From Mobula hypostoma (lineage: Eukaryota): a stretch of 64,000 nt of DNA. This document shows positions 38,500-52,617 of this stretch, one piece after another (positions within the stretch are counted from its first letter, which is position 1; every line of letters starts with the position of its first letter). Location: contig NC_086101.1 in the NCBI RefSeq assembly GCF_963921235.1, positions 7,318,001 to 7,382,000 on the forward strand, written 5' to 3'. The notes beneath the pieces were generated by a model that saw only the letters and a list, made by a program, of their open reading frames with translations, did not search any database and was not told the origin of the DNA. The position numbers were made by a program, and so were the translations under genes.

Positions 38500-40500
38500 A
38501 TGGGCGGAGTATTGATGATTGAAAGTACTCAGGCAGGACAGATTAGAGGCCTTGTCTACTGAGTCCTTATGGGTGGAGCTGAGAAACAGGAAAGGTATGG
38601 CCACATTAGTGGGATTGTAATACAGACCACCCAATAGTCAACGAGAATTGGAAGAGCAAATCTGCAGAGAGATAGCAGGCAACTGCAGGAAACATAAAGT
38701 TGTGGTGGAAGGGGATTTTAATTTTCCATATATTGATTGGGACTCCCATACTGTTAGGGGTCTAGATGGTTTAGAGTTTGTAAAATGTGTTCAGGAAAGT
38801 TTTCTAAATCAATATATAGAGGGACCAACTAGAGGGGATGAAATATTGGATCTCCTGTGAGGGAACGAGTTAGGACAAGTGACAGAAGTCTGTGTCGGGG
38901 AGCACTTTGGTTCCAGTGATCATAACACCATTAGTTTCAACTTGATCATGGACAAGGATAGATCTAGTCCTAGGATTGAAGTTCTGAACTGGAAGAAGGC
39001 CAAAGTGGAAGAAATGAGAAAGGATCTAAAAAGCGTGGATTGGGACAGGTTGTTCTCTGGCAAAGACGTGATCGGTAGGTGGGAAGCCTTCAAAGGAGAA
39101 ATTTCGAGAGTGCAGAATTTGTATGATCCTGTCAGGATTAAAGGCAAAGTGAATAGGAATAAGGAACCTTGGTTCTCAAGGGATATTACAACTCTGATAA
39201 AGAAGAAGAGGGAGTTGTATGACATGTATAGGAAGCAGGGAGTAAATAAAGTGCTTGAGGAGTATAAGAAGTGAAAGAAAATACTTAAGAAAGAAATCAG
39301 GAGGGCTAAAAGAAGACATGAGGTTGCCTTGGCAGTCAAAGTGAAGGATAATCCAAAGAGCTTTTACAGGTATATTAAGAGCAAAAGGATTGTAAGGGAT
39401 AAAGTTGGTCCTCTTGAAGATCAGAGTGGTCGGCTATGTGCGGAACCAAAGGAAATGGGGGAGATCTTAAATAGGTTTTTTGCATGGGTATTTACTAAGG
39501 AAACTGGCATGAAGTCTATGGAATTAAGGGAAACAAGTAGTGAGATCATGGAAACTCTACAGATCGAAAAGGAGGAGGTCCTTGCTGTCTTGAGGAAAAT
39601 TAAAGTGGATAAATCCCTGGGACCTGACAGGGTGGTCCCTCGGACCTTGAAGGAGACTAGTGTTGAAATTGCAGGGGCCCTGGCAGAAATATTTAAAATG
39701 TCGCTGTCTACAGGTGAGGTGCTGGAAGGACAAACCAAGGTAGAACATACAGGGTTAATGGTAAGGCACTGAGGAGTGCAGTGGAACAGAGGGATCTGGG
39801 AATACAGATACAAAATTCCCTAAAAGTGGCATCACAGGTAGATAGGGTCGTAAAGAGAGCTTTTGGTACATTGGCCTTTATTAATCAAAGTATTGAGTCT
39901 CAGAGCTGGAATGTTATGATGAGGTTGTATAAGGCATTGGTGAGGCCAAATCTGGAGTATTGTGTTCAGTTTTGGTCACTAAATTACAGGAAGGATATAA
40001 ATAAGGTTGAAAGAGTGCAGAGAAGGTTTACAAGGATGTTGCCGGGACTTGAGAAACTCAGCTACAGAGAAAGGTTGAATAGGTTAGGACTTTATTCCCT
40101 GCAGTGCATAAGAATGAGGGGAGATTTGATAGAGGTATATAAAATTATGATGGGTATAGATAGAGTGAATGCAAGCAGGCTTTTTCCACTGAGGCAAGGG
40201 GAGAAAAAAATCCAGAGGACATGTGTTAAGGGTGAAGGTGGAAAAGTTTAAAGGGAACATTAGGGGGGGGGCTTCTTCACACAGAGAGTGGTGCGAGTGT
40301 GGAATGAGTTGCCAGACAAGGTGGTAAATGCGGGCTCTTTTTTAACATTTAAGAATAAATTGGACAGATACATGGATGGGAGGTGTATGGAGGGATATGG
40401 TCCATGTGCAGGTCAGTGGGACTAGGCAGGTAATGGTTCGGCACAGCCAAGAAGGGCCAAAAGGCCTGTTTCTGTGCTGTAGTTTCTATGGTTTCTATGG
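38500..40500 (+). mobile_element. CR1 LINE with internal deletion of the RT core
   Basis: APE/tether ORFs 38648-39727 jump at ~39730 directly to post-RT sequence; intact 3' end and (GTTTCTATG)n tail. Confidence 0.9.
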
Positions 40501-41275
40501 AAAGTTTGGTGGTGTTGTATATAGTGTAGAACATTGTCAAGGGTTGCAACGGGACATTGATAGGATGCAGAGATGGGCTGAGAAGTGCCAAATTTAAAGG
40601 CACAATGCAGGGGTAATGGCAGGATTCTTCATAGTGTAGAGGAACAGAGGGATCCTGGGTCCATGTCCCTAGATTTGTCAAAGTTGATATTAGTCAGGGG
40701 ATTGAGTTCAAGAGCTGTGAGGTAATGTTGGATCTCTATAAAACCCTGGTTAGATCACACTTGTAATGCAATGTTCAGTTATGGTCGCCTCAATATTGGA
40801 AGGAGTGAAAGTTTTAGAGGGGGTACAGAGGAGATTTACCAGGATGCTGCCTGGTTTAGAGAGCATGTCTTATGAGGGTAAGTTGAGTGAGCTAGCGCCT
40901 TGCTCTTTGGAGCCAAAGAAGATGAGAGGTGACTTGATGAAGATGTACAAGATAATAAGAGACATAGTTCAAGTGGACAGCCAGAGACATCTTCCCAGGG
41001 TGGAAATAGGAAATGGAGGGGGCATAATTTTAAAGTGATTGCATGAACCTATAAGGGGGATGTCAGAGGTAAGATAATTTTATGTGGAGAATGGTGGGTG
41101 TGTGGAACGCGCTGACAGGGTTGGTGGTGGTGGAGGAGGATACATTAAGGATATTTAAGTGAGTCTTAGATCGACACATATGGTAGAAAAATGGAAGGGA
41201 TGGTTAGATTAAATTTAGAGTAGGTTAAAAGTTTGGCACATCATTGTGAGCCCTGAACTATGCTGTAATGTTCTG
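40501..41275 (+). mobile_element. Older CR1 3' fragment
   Basis: [14 protein letters not shown]...[13 protein letters not shown]. Confidence 0.85.
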
Positions 41276-43867
41276 TAAAAGCACGACCAAGGTGTCCTGC
41301 AGGGAGCAATCCTCTTAGAATGTTGCAATTGAACGGGAAGTCCCAGTGTTCGTGAGTAACATAGCTACAAAGTTTCGTGTTCAAGATTGTGGTATTGGCC
41401 ACAATGCCATCATATTGCCGCATGGTATAAATGCCATTAAATCTTTGTTGCAGCAGCACAGTGCATTACAAAGTGGCAGGACAGTACATTGGAAATTAAA
41501 TTGAGGATTTCTATGATGGGCTTTCAGAGATCAATATTAAAAGTTGCTTAAGCAAGAACTCATGTCAGGGAATAGACAACAGGGCCAAAGCCTCCCTCCA
41601 CTTCTAAAATGCCACTCTGACTCGGCTTCTAATAATGGTGTCTGTCTCCCAATAAGTTATTAATAATATTCTTATTTGTGTTGTCTTTTTGAGCGATCAT
41701 GCATGTCTGGTTGACCTAGTGCCTTGTAAGTGCTCGGATGCGATGTCAGTGAGCAGGTGAGCATGTGGTCTCCTGTCAGTCGCTGAGCATAGCCAGGTGG
41801 TAGAGGGGGCTGTGTAACCAACTCTTGTCCGTGCACAAAGGAAACTGGCCTGCGCCAGTTGCCAAGGCCATGTTCCAAGTTTTGAGTGCCCAATCTTCCT
41901 TCCAAAGGGAGAAGCCCCAACAGGCTACATTGGCTTCTTGTGAAAGGACAACAAAAAGCTGTCCTTAAATAAGCAGAGAATAATCTTTCCATTCCAAGCG
42001 ACCCTCCCAGATTCTTCATTCCCCATTCCTGGGAGTGTAAGAGTTAATGGATCAGTGGCCAGAATACCGATCCAAAGGCATCTGTTTGAATCTGACCACA
42101 TCAGCTGGCGATCTGTCAGTCTTGGTGATGTTAGCCTTGTGAATACCAGATTGCTGTAAAAGCCCAATGGTTCACTCACTGAAGGAAATCTGCTGATCCT
42201 GTCCAGTCTAGCCTATTTGTGACTCCAGACTCCCCAACTTGTTTGACCCTCAACTGTGCCTCAGTCCAAGGACAAGTGAAGAAAGACAGCAGATGCCAGC
42301 AACATCCACACATATGAACAAATTAAGCAGTTTGCCAGAATGTTCTATGATGTTGCAGCTCTATAAATTTTGGTTAGGCCACCCTTGTAGTGTTGTGTTC
42401 ATTTCTGGCCACCTCATTGTAGAAAGGATGTAAAATCTTTAGAGAAGGTGCAGGGGCAATTTATCAGGATGCTGCCTGATTAGAAAACAAGTCTTAGGAG
42501 GATTAGTTGAATAAGCTAGAACTTCTCTCTTGGGAGTGAAGGTGAATGAGAGGAAACTTGGCAGAGGTAAATAAAATAATAAGAGGCTCGTGCCCATGAG
42601 GGTGCTAGCTGAGACTACAGCCCTCTGCAGCCTTTCTCTACCCTGCACATTGGTAACTTCATACCAGACAGCGATGCAACCAGTCAGAAAGCTCTGCATG
42701 CTACATCTGTCGGAACTTGCTGGAGCCTTTGAGTCCGTTTTCATTATTCTGTTGTGTGTAGTGAGGCGAGGTATGGCTGGGAGGGGAGCGAGTGTGATAT
42801 CACAGTTCAGGCTGGTCCTAGTCTGGGCAGCTCAGAGTGTCACCAGGTTGCTATTGGGACGGGCTGACCCCTGTTGCTTTGTCTCCTGCTTTCTGAGTCA
42901 GGGGACAACAGCAGTGCCTTCGTTACTGGGGAATTTACAAAGAGAGCAGAAGAGCAGGGACTGTGAAGACCCAGCCTTTACAAACCTGGTCTGACAGCAC
43001 CGGTTAACTCTGTTTTGGAAAAGTCACCTCTTTCGGGACTGAGTGCAGAGCGAGCCGTGGACACAGCATAAACAAGCCACCAAAACAATGCGGACAAACT
43101 CCAAGCACAGTTCAAAGTTCAAATTTATTATCAAAGTATGTATATAACATACAACTTTGAGATTCATCTTCTTTCAGGCACTCATAAAGCAAAGAAACAC
43201 AAAAGAATTCATGAAAAAAAACACAATAAGACCAAAAACCCTGCAATAAGGCCAAAAAACCCACAATAAGACTGCCAAATGTCCAATTTGCAAAAGAGGA
43301 CAAATTGCACTAATAGTAAACAAAAACATTTGGAACATGAACTGCAGAGTCACCCAAAGTGAGTCCACAACTAGAGAGCCTGTTCAGCACTGAGGCAAAT
43401 GAAGTCCACCCTGCTACAGGGCAATAACTGCTCCTGAACCTGGTGGCATAAGAACATAATAAGAACATAAGAACTAGGAGCAGGAGTCGGCCATCCAGCC
43501 CATCGAGCCTGCCCTGCCATTCAATAAGATCATGGCTGATCTGCCCTTAAACTCAGCTCCATCTACCTGCCTTTTCCCCATAACCCTTAATTCCCCTACT
43601 ATGTAAAAATCTAACTAACTGTATCTTAAGTATATTTTTATTTAAGCAGCATGGTACCCAAGATTCCTGTACCCCCGGCCTGATGTAGTAACGAGAAAAG
43701 AGGGAGACTGATCAAACTCAGGCTGATTTGTCCTGAACACCCTTTTGTTTTCTGGTCTTGTCCTTGACTATTTTAATCTTGCTTGTCTCTTCAATTGCAC
43801 AGAGGAATGGAGCCAATCAAACCACAAGAGGTTGTGTAGGTGCCCTAAATTCTATTTCAGAGCAAGT

Positions 43868-45070
43868 CAAACAAAATGCTGGAGGAACTCAGCAGGTCAG
43901 GCTGCATCTTTGGAGAAGAAGAATAAACACATGTCTTTTCAGGCCAAGACCCTGCATCAGGACTGAAAAGGAAGGGGAAGGTGCCAGAATAAAAAGGGGG
44001 GGGGAGGGGAAGCCGGACTAGCTAGAAGGGGTGAAGCCAGGAGGGTGGGAAAGGTAAAGGGCTGGAGAAGAAGGTGTCTGAGAGGAGAGGACAGTGGGTG
44101 ATAGGAGACAGGGAATAAGCTGGAGCACCAGGGGAGATGATAGGTAGCTAAGAAGAAGAGGTAAGAGGCCAGAGTAGGGAATAGAAGATGAGGGAAGGGG
44201 ATTAGGAAAAGAAAAACAGAAATAAATAATTACTGGAAGGAGAAGTTGATGTTCATGCCATCAGGTTGGAGGCTACCTGGACGGAATATGAGGTGTTATT
44301 CCTCCACCCTGAGAATGGCCTCATCGTGGCTGAAGAGGAGGCCGTGGACTGACATGTTGCAAGGCGAATGGGGATAGGAATTAAGATCGTCAGCCATGGG
44401 GAAATTCCGCTTTTGGTGGATGGAGCGGCCAAACTATGTTGAGCATCTTAGCTCCATCCACAGCAGGCAGCCTTTCCCGGTGGCCAGCCATTTTAATTCC
44501 ACTCCCTGTTCCCATTCCATTATGTTGGTCTCCTCTATTCTGTTTGGTGGAGCATCAATCTCATTTCAATCTGGGTTGCTTCCAACCTGGTGGTATAAAC
44601 ATTTATTTCTCTAACTTCCAGTAATTTGTTCCCTTCCCTCTTCTCTCTTTTCCCATTCTGCATTCTGGTTTCCCTCTCACCCCTTCTCTTCTCCTTACCT
44701 GCTTGTCACCTCCCTCTGATCCTTCCCTTTCTTCCATGGTCCACTCTCCTCTCCTATCAGATCGCTTCTTCTCCAGCCCTTTACATCTTCCACCTGTCCT
44801 TGCCCGGCTTCTCACTTCCTCCCCCATTTCCCACTCTCCATCTCACCTGGCCTCAAATATCATCTGCCAGCTTGTAGCTCCTTCCCATCGCCCCTCTCCC
44901 CACCTTCTTATTCTGGCTTCTTCACCCTGCTTTTCCAGGCCTGATGAAGGGTCTTGGCCCCGAATGTTGACTGTTTATTCATTTCCGCAGATGCTGCCCG
45001 ACCAGCTGAGTACCTCCTGCATTTTGTGTGTGTTACTCTGGACTTTCAGCTTCTGCAAAATCTCTTGTAC
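43868..45070. mobile_element. Two Penelope-like 3' halves in inverted (head-to-head) arrangement
   Basis: Minus copy ~43868-44420 and plus copy ~44430-45070, both with endonuclease C-terminal remnants (PVASHFNS...QPGGINIYFSNFQ) and outer hammerhead relics. Confidence 0.8.
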
Positions 45071-47545
45071 TTATGACAAGCCACATCGGGTGGTTTTGGT
45101 ATTTCTCCAGTCAGGTAGAAGACAAGAAATGGGAGGAAGATGTTTGAACTGGAGAGCGGGTTTAGGATAAGTGCTCGTGAAGAGGCTTAGAATCGTTGTG
45201 GAAACCTAGAGTTTTCTACAGCCATTTTGAGACAGTGAACCAACTGAAGGTGGCTCTGCAATTGGGTTAAGGCTTCCAGAAATTTTAAAATACAGCGAGA
45301 TGGGAATTGGGGATTAATTTTCATTAAAACTCAAAACTGTGCTGGGGGCAGCCCACAAGTGTTGCCACACATTCTGGCACCAACATATCATGCCCACCTC
45401 ATGAATTTGAAGGGTTGGGTGGCTTCCCTTCCCTCTGTGCCATATAACTCCACAATTGGATGAAGATGCAGAGAAGACACTGACTTACCACATACTGGAA
45501 CAGACTCATGGGGCTAGGCAGCTCCCTCAGATTCCAGTCTCCCGGTTACCCTGTGGGACAATGTTAGTTTTCTACTATCCTGCTCTGAATGAGCTAGGAC
45601 ATTGATTCACTTTGTGCTCAAAGCTCTTGAATAATCAGCATTGAAGGAAGTTTGGAACACGCCCCAACCCTTGAGCCATTCTATCACTGAATGAAGTCAT
45701 GGCTGAGCTGTGCATTAATTCCACCTGTCATCTCCCTCGACAGCTTGGATTACAAAAATCCCCCTCTCTCAGATGTAAATGTACCAATTCATGATGCCAA
45801 TTACACTTTCCAAGAGTGCCAAGTTTCTCTGAGCATGAAAGGACTTCCTAATTTCTATCCGCAAGCCTCTTCTACAATTTTTTCACTCTGTTCCCTAGTC
45901 CCGGACTCTCTGACAAGCACAAATACCAAATCAGTTTCCATTCATTATCATCATTCTGTGCCATACCGTATGACATGGGTGATGATGGTTTATTTTTCTA
46001 CAGAAGTGGTTTGCTATTGCCTTTTTCTGTTGACCCCAGCCATTATCAATACTCTTCAGAGATTGTCTGCCTACCACCAGTGGTCACATAGCCAGGATTT
46101 GTGATATGCACCAGCGGTTCATGAGACCATCCACCACCTGCTCCCATGGCTTCACCTGACCTTCATCGGGAGATAAGCAGATTCTACACCTTGCCCAAGG
46201 GTGACCTGCAGGCTAGTGGAGGGAAGGAGCATCTTGCACCTCCTTTAGTAGAGACATATCTCCACCCACCCCACCCTCCTGTTTTCATCACTCTATATTG
46301 GATTGCAAATATTCAATCTATTTGAATTAAATTCTTTCTGGTAATGGAGGCATTCACTTCCTCATTAAATCAAGAATTATGAGTGTTTTCAAAAACAAAT
46401 AAGGTTTTATCATTAGATAAAAGATTAGCTTTATTTTTCACATGTCCATTGAAAACATAAGAGTGAAATGTGTCTGCACCAAACCAAATCAAATCAGCGA
46501 GAGTCGTGCAGGGCAACCTGCAAGTGTCCCCATGCTTCTGGCACCGACATAGCATACCCACAACTCACTAACCCTTTGGCATGCAGGAGGAAACTAGAAC
46601 ACCCAGAGGAAACCCAAGTATACCTGTGGCCAAGGGGCCACGTCACAACATACAAGGGTCGACTCCAATCCACTGATAGGAGTAAATTGACAATCAGGTC
46701 TCTGCACTGCAACAGGATTGCAGACAGGAGGCAAAGGGACAAGCCAGGCTTCCCATTTCAAATTATCATTCAGTGATTCTTGCAAGATATTTGGTCTGAG
46801 AGGAGAAACTCATTTCTTGTCACCAGTGCTGAACTTGCAATTTTGCGGTGTTTTGTATGACTTCTGAAAATCTGGTCATAGGAGAGAAGCCCGTTTCTCA
46901 TTGCCAGAGCTAAACTTCCATTTTCACATTTTTTAATATGGCTTTTGATACTGGCAGCAGAGAGAGCTAACTGTGCAGGGTGTGTAGCCGGTTATTAATA
47001 ACATGGAATGGTTGATGGCTGTGGCCATATTGATTGTGGCGGCTGTGTGATGCGTCACTTACCCAGAGAGTTCCCGTTGACCTATCCAAAATCGAAAGCC
47101 TCAGTGTGAGGTCTTGAGGTGGGGAGAAAAGACAGAAAGCTGAGAATATCTGGAGACCTGACTGGGGGGTCTGTCACAGCCCCACTGCGAACATTTGCTC
47201 AATGGTTCAACACGTGTGCGTGTGAAGGTTTGTTGGTTCGATCTCCCTCATACCTCTGCGTTTGAGTAGCAAGTATGGCCGATGATTCTGCCTGAGTGGT
47301 GCAGGGTGAGTTTCCTCGTTATTTGGGAGTTCTGGATTGCCTGGGAATGAGTCGGTACTGGTCAGCACTGAGTGGGTGACAGTCTGGCTGGGAAATTGGT
47401 CAACTACTGAGCATCCCCCCGAATTTTCACAATTCCCAACTGATCCAATAAGTGCCAGTACATACCCAAGGAGAAGCTCACCCTATCTTAAACCACGTTG
47501 AGAAAAGGGGTCCATTAGCAGCAAAGCCACCATTACAGCACCCCA

Positions 47546-47620
<75 letters not shown>
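47546..47620. repeat. Compound (GT)n(GA)n x2 microsatellite
   Basis: Read directly. Confidence 0.95.
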
Positions 47621-49564
47621 TATGAATGTGTGAATCTGATACTCAGAATGAGATGTGATAAACAGTGAAAAGGCAAACAAAACTCATGTAAAGACGCAGT
47701 GTTGAATTTCAGTAGTTCTAAATTCAGGAACTGTCAAAAATAAAATTTGCAATTTTTACCATTTAGCTCATTGTTGTTCTTCTCATTTCTTCAGCTCTAG
47801 CAGCAAACACAAAGTGATTCAGTGATCTTAGCGCACCTAACACCCACTCTCCCCGCGGCCCCGGTCAGAGTCAGATTCATTTAGTTATGACATGTACATT
47901 GAAATATAGTGAAATGTGTCATTTCCATCAAGAACCGACACAACACAAGGATGTGCTGGGAGCAGCCTGCAAAAGGGCAATAGTAATTTACAAACACATG
48001 GAAAGTAATTTTGGTATTTCCTCCATTCAAGCCACCCACACAACGGGCAGTCCTCCAATCCTACTGCTCCCAAGGCTTCTTCTGCTGGTCTCTTAAATCT
48101 AAACAATCTCCCTCAAAAGATGATTGGCAGGTCAGCTTTTTTTCTGAACTATGCTCCCGAATGGAGTCGCACTACAATCTTTTTGCTGTCAGCAATGACA
48201 ATAAAGCTCTAACTAACTAACCAACTGTGGAATTCAGTCCCTTAAATTATGAGATACAGATGCAGTTGATACTCTTGAACATCACAAACAAGAGAAAATC
48301 TGCAGATGCTGGAAATCTGATGAAGGGTCTTAGCCCGAGACGTCGACTGTTTACTCATTTCCATAGATGCTACCTAGCTTACTGAGTTCCTCCACCATTT
48401 TGTGTGCATTTGTCTTAAACACCAGCTCAAACCCTATTTATTTAACCCTGCTTTTAACTAACATCTTTTTATCTTTTATTTTCATGATTATTTTTATTTT
48501 TTATTTCACTTTCATGTTTATACTTTTATCCCATTGTAAAGCACTTTGAACTCCAACATCATGAAAAATGTTCTTTAAATAAATTCACTAATATTATTGT
48601 CAAACACAAAGTTGAGTTTCTTGTCACAAGGATGATAGAACAATGACAGGCTATGTGGGAGGGAAGGGTTAGGTTGACCCTGGAATAGGTTAAAAGGTTG
48701 GCACAAAGGTTAAAAGGTTGGGCTGAAGGCCTGTATTGTGCTGTACTGTTCTATGTATGCACAGGTACTGTGAAAAACATAATTAGCATTAGATAAACGG
48801 CATTCACAAGGAAATACATCAATTAATCACAAATTATTCACAAGTTTTATAAGAAAGCGCATTTAGAACAAAAAAAGGCATTCTACTACAAAGTGGTCAT
48901 AGTGTTGCCAAACCGTAGTGATTGGAATTGTGCCAGTTGTTTCAAGAACTGAATGGTGGAGGGGAGGCAGCTGTTCTTGACCCTGCAGGTATGTGAATTC
49001 AGGTTTCTGTACCTCCTGCTCAACGGTAACCGCCTGGATGAAGATGGCATGGCTGGATGTCGGAGATCTTTGATGCTGGACGATGCCATCTTGAGGCAGT
49101 GGTCCCTGTAGATACCACTGATGGTAGGGATGGATATACCTGTGACATCCTCCACTCTCTACATATTGGCATGAGATTACTCAAAAAAGTTAGCTTGTAA
49201 TCAACCTAGTTTTTAGCACTATAAAGAATTTGAATTTGGTTGTGATGGTAAATGTCTATGTTGGGAATGGCATCTCACTGGCAGCTAACCAGGCAAACAC
49301 AGGGTTAACTTTCAATAAAAGAAGACTAGAATAGAAAAACAAAGATGGTCCAGCTGAAACTTGAAAATTGTTAGCCAGACCATATTTGGAAAATTCTCAG
49401 CAATTTTCAGCTCTGGGCCTAAGGAAAGATATGCTGGCCCTGGAGACGATCCTGGGGCTCAGAGGAACTATCCCTGGAATGAAAGGTTTAATGTATGAGG
49501 TGTAATTCTGGGTCCGTGCTCGATGCAGTTCAGAATGCTAAGGTGGCAGCACGTCTCATCCTCA

Positions 49565-51990
49565 GCAGAATCAGAATCAGAATCAGGTTTAATACCGCTG
49601 GCTTATGTCATGAAATGTGCTGTTATGCAGCAGCAGTACATAATTATAAAAACTGTAAATTACAGTAAGAAATATATATAGAAAAAAAAAATAGTGAGGC
49701 AGTGTTCATGGGTTCAATGTCCATTCAGAAATCTGACAGCAGAGGGGAAGAAACTTTTCCTGGATCACTGAGTGTGTGCCTTCAGGCTCCTGTACCTTCT
49801 CTCTGATGGTAGAAATCCGAAGAGAGTATGTCCTGGGCAATGGGGGTCCTTAATGACGGACGCCAGCTTTTTGAGATGTTGCTCCTTGAAGGTGTTCTGG
49901 ATGCTGGGGAGGCTCTTGCCGCTGATGGAACTGATTGAGTTTACAACTTTCTGCAGCTTATTTTGATCCTGTGCAGTGGTAACACACCCCACCCCCATCC
50001 CATACAAGACATTGATGCAGCCGGTGAGAATGTGCTCTCCATGGTACATCTGTAGAAATTTATGAGTGTCTTTGGTGACATACCGAATCTCCTCAAACTC
50101 CTCATGAAATACAGTGCATTCTTTGCAACTGCATCAAAATGTTGGGTTCAGGACGGATCCTCAGAGACGTTGACACCCAGGAGCCTGAGACTGCTCACTT
50201 CTGATCCCTTGAAGACGGCTGGTGTGTGCCCTCCTGACTTCCCCTTCCTGAAGTCCAGAGCCAATTCCAACAGGAAATGCTGGAAAAACTCAGCAGGTTA
50301 TTTAGCGGCAGTGAAGGAAGAATAAGAAGGGATCTTACTGAAAAATGTTAAATTATGAAAGGGATAGATGAGATAGAAGCAGGAAAGTGGCATCCACTGG
50401 TAAGTGAGACGAGGACTAGATTTAGGATGGAGATGAGGAGAAACTGCTTTTCGCAGGGGGAAGTGAATATCTGGAATTCTCTCCCCTGGGAGGCAGTAGA
50501 GGCTACCTCATTAAATGTATTTAAGATACAGATAGATATTGGCAGAGCAGGAGAGATAAGGGTTACAGGGAAAAGACAGGTTGGTAGTGGAGCTCAGTCC
50601 ATGGACAGAGCTGTCATAATCATAGTGAATGGCAGAGGAGGTTCAATAGGACAGCTGGTCAACTCCTGCCTCAGCAAGGACCTGGACCCAGTGCAATTTG
50701 ACTATTGCCACAATAGGTCAACAGCAGACACAACCTCAATGGCTCTTCACACGGCCAAAGAACACCTGGACAATACAAACACCTATGTCAGGATGTTGTT
50801 CATCGACTACAGCTCAACATCTAAAACCATCATTCCCAAAATCCTGATTGTGATGTTATAGAACCTGGGCCTCTGTATCTCCTTCTGCAATCGGATCCTT
50901 GACTTCCTAACTGGAAGACCACAATCTATGAGGATTGGTGATAATATCTCCTCCTTGCTGACGGTCAACACTGGCCCACTGCTCTGTTATCTCCATACCC
51001 ATGACTGTGTGGCTAGGCATAGCTCAAATACCATCTATAAATTTGCTGATGATACAACTGATTCCTAAATGGACATTGAACCTGCAAACACTGCCTCACT
51101 TTTTTAATGTATATTATGTCTGTTATTGGATGATTTTTAATCTATTCAGTATACGTATACTGTAACTGATTTACTTATTTATTTTAGTTTTATTTTTTAT
51201 TTTATTATTTTATTTTATTCCCCCTGGTTCAAGAGCTTGATAGTTGAAGGGTAATAACTGTTCCTGACTCTAGTGATGAGAGTCCTGAGGCTTCTGTACC
51301 TTTTTCCTGGTGGCTGCAGCGAGAAGAGAGCATGACCTGGATGTTGGGACCTTGATGGTGGATGCTGCTTCCCTGTAGATGTGCACAATAGTTAGGAGGG
51401 TTTTATCCATGATGGTCTGTGATGTATTTTCTACTTCTTGCATGATTTTCTGTTCAAGGGCATTGGTGTTTCCATACCAGGCTGTGATGCAATCAGCCAA
51501 TATATTCTCCAGCAAAACTTCTATAGATGTTTGTCAAAGTTTCAGGTGTCATGCTGAATCTTCACAAACTTCTTAGGAAGTAGAAGTGCTGCCATGTTTT
51601 CTTAATATCTTCTGAAATAATTAAATTTGCTTTCCACCTCTGATCCCCCAGTGAGGACTGACTCATGGACTTCTGGTTGCCTCGTCCTCTTGAAGTCAAT
51701 AATCAGCTCCTTGGTCTTGCAAACATTGATTGAGACATTATTTTCCAGCCAGATTTTCAATCTCCCTCCTGTATACTGATTCATCACTACCTTTGATTCG
51801 GCCAGCAACAACTGTGTCATCAGCAAACTTAAATCTGGCATTGGACCTGTTTCGTCTCACAGCTAACTAGAGCAATAGAGTATAAAGCAAGCAAAGCACG
51901 TAGCCTTGTGGTGCAACTGAGCTGATGGAAATTGTGGAGGAGATGTTGCTGCCAATCTGAACTAACTGGGGTCTGCAAGTGAAGAAATCA
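49565..51990. mobile_element. Cluster of Rex1/Babar-like fragments plus a CR1 piece
   Basis: Minus 49565-50260 and 51225-51990; plus RT piece ~50650-51060 (LDPVQF...NRSTAD...YVRMLFIDYSS, KFADD). Confidence 0.8.
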
Positions 51991-52095
51991 AGGAAATGCT
52001 TGCATGAAAATGAACCTCAGGGTAGTGACATGTAAGTATTTTGATAATAAATTTGCTTTGAACTTCCTGAACTGCGTCTGCTCTTTAAATTCCGA

Positions 52096-52617
52096 CATTC
52101 AGTGACCACTTTATTAGGTACAACTGCTCACTAATGCAAACATCTAATCAGCCAATCACATGTAGAAACTTAATGCATAAAAGTCATAGTCAAGAGGTTC
52201 AGTTGTTATTCAGACCAAATATCAGAATGGGAAAAAAATTGTGATCGAAGTGACTTTGATCATGGAATGATTGTGCCAGATGGAGCAGTATGCGTATCTC
52301 AGAAACTGCTTACTCCTGGAATTTTCACACACAACAGTCTCCAGAGTTTACAGGAATGGTGTGAAAAACAACAAAAAATACAGTGAGTGGGCAAAAATGA
52401 TTTGTAATTGAGAGAGGTCAGAGGAGAAAGGCCAGAGTGGTTCAAGCTGACTGGAAGATGACAGTAAGTCAAATAACCACGTGTTAGAACAGTAATGTGC
52501 AGAGGAGTATCTTTAATTACACAACACGTTGGACATTGAAGCGGATGGGCTACAGCAGCAGAAGACCATGAACATGCACTCACTGCAGGAGGTACCTAAT
52601 AAAGGGGCCACTGAATG
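52096..52617 (+). mobile_element. Internally deleted Tc1-like DNA transposon
   Basis: 26-bp TIRs CATTCAGTGACCACTTTATTAGGTAC / GTACCTAATAAAGGGGCCACTGAATG (24/26), TA at the right end; internal decayed transposase N-terminus from ~52228 (SDFDHGMI...ISETA...FSHTTVSRVY). Confidence 0.88.

Noticed and set aside
47482..47546. Minus-strand MGCC... acylation-like start
   Set aside because: The ATG arises at the edge of a (CA)n repeat, and splicing to the 50-nt candidate exon hits a stop within 10 codons.
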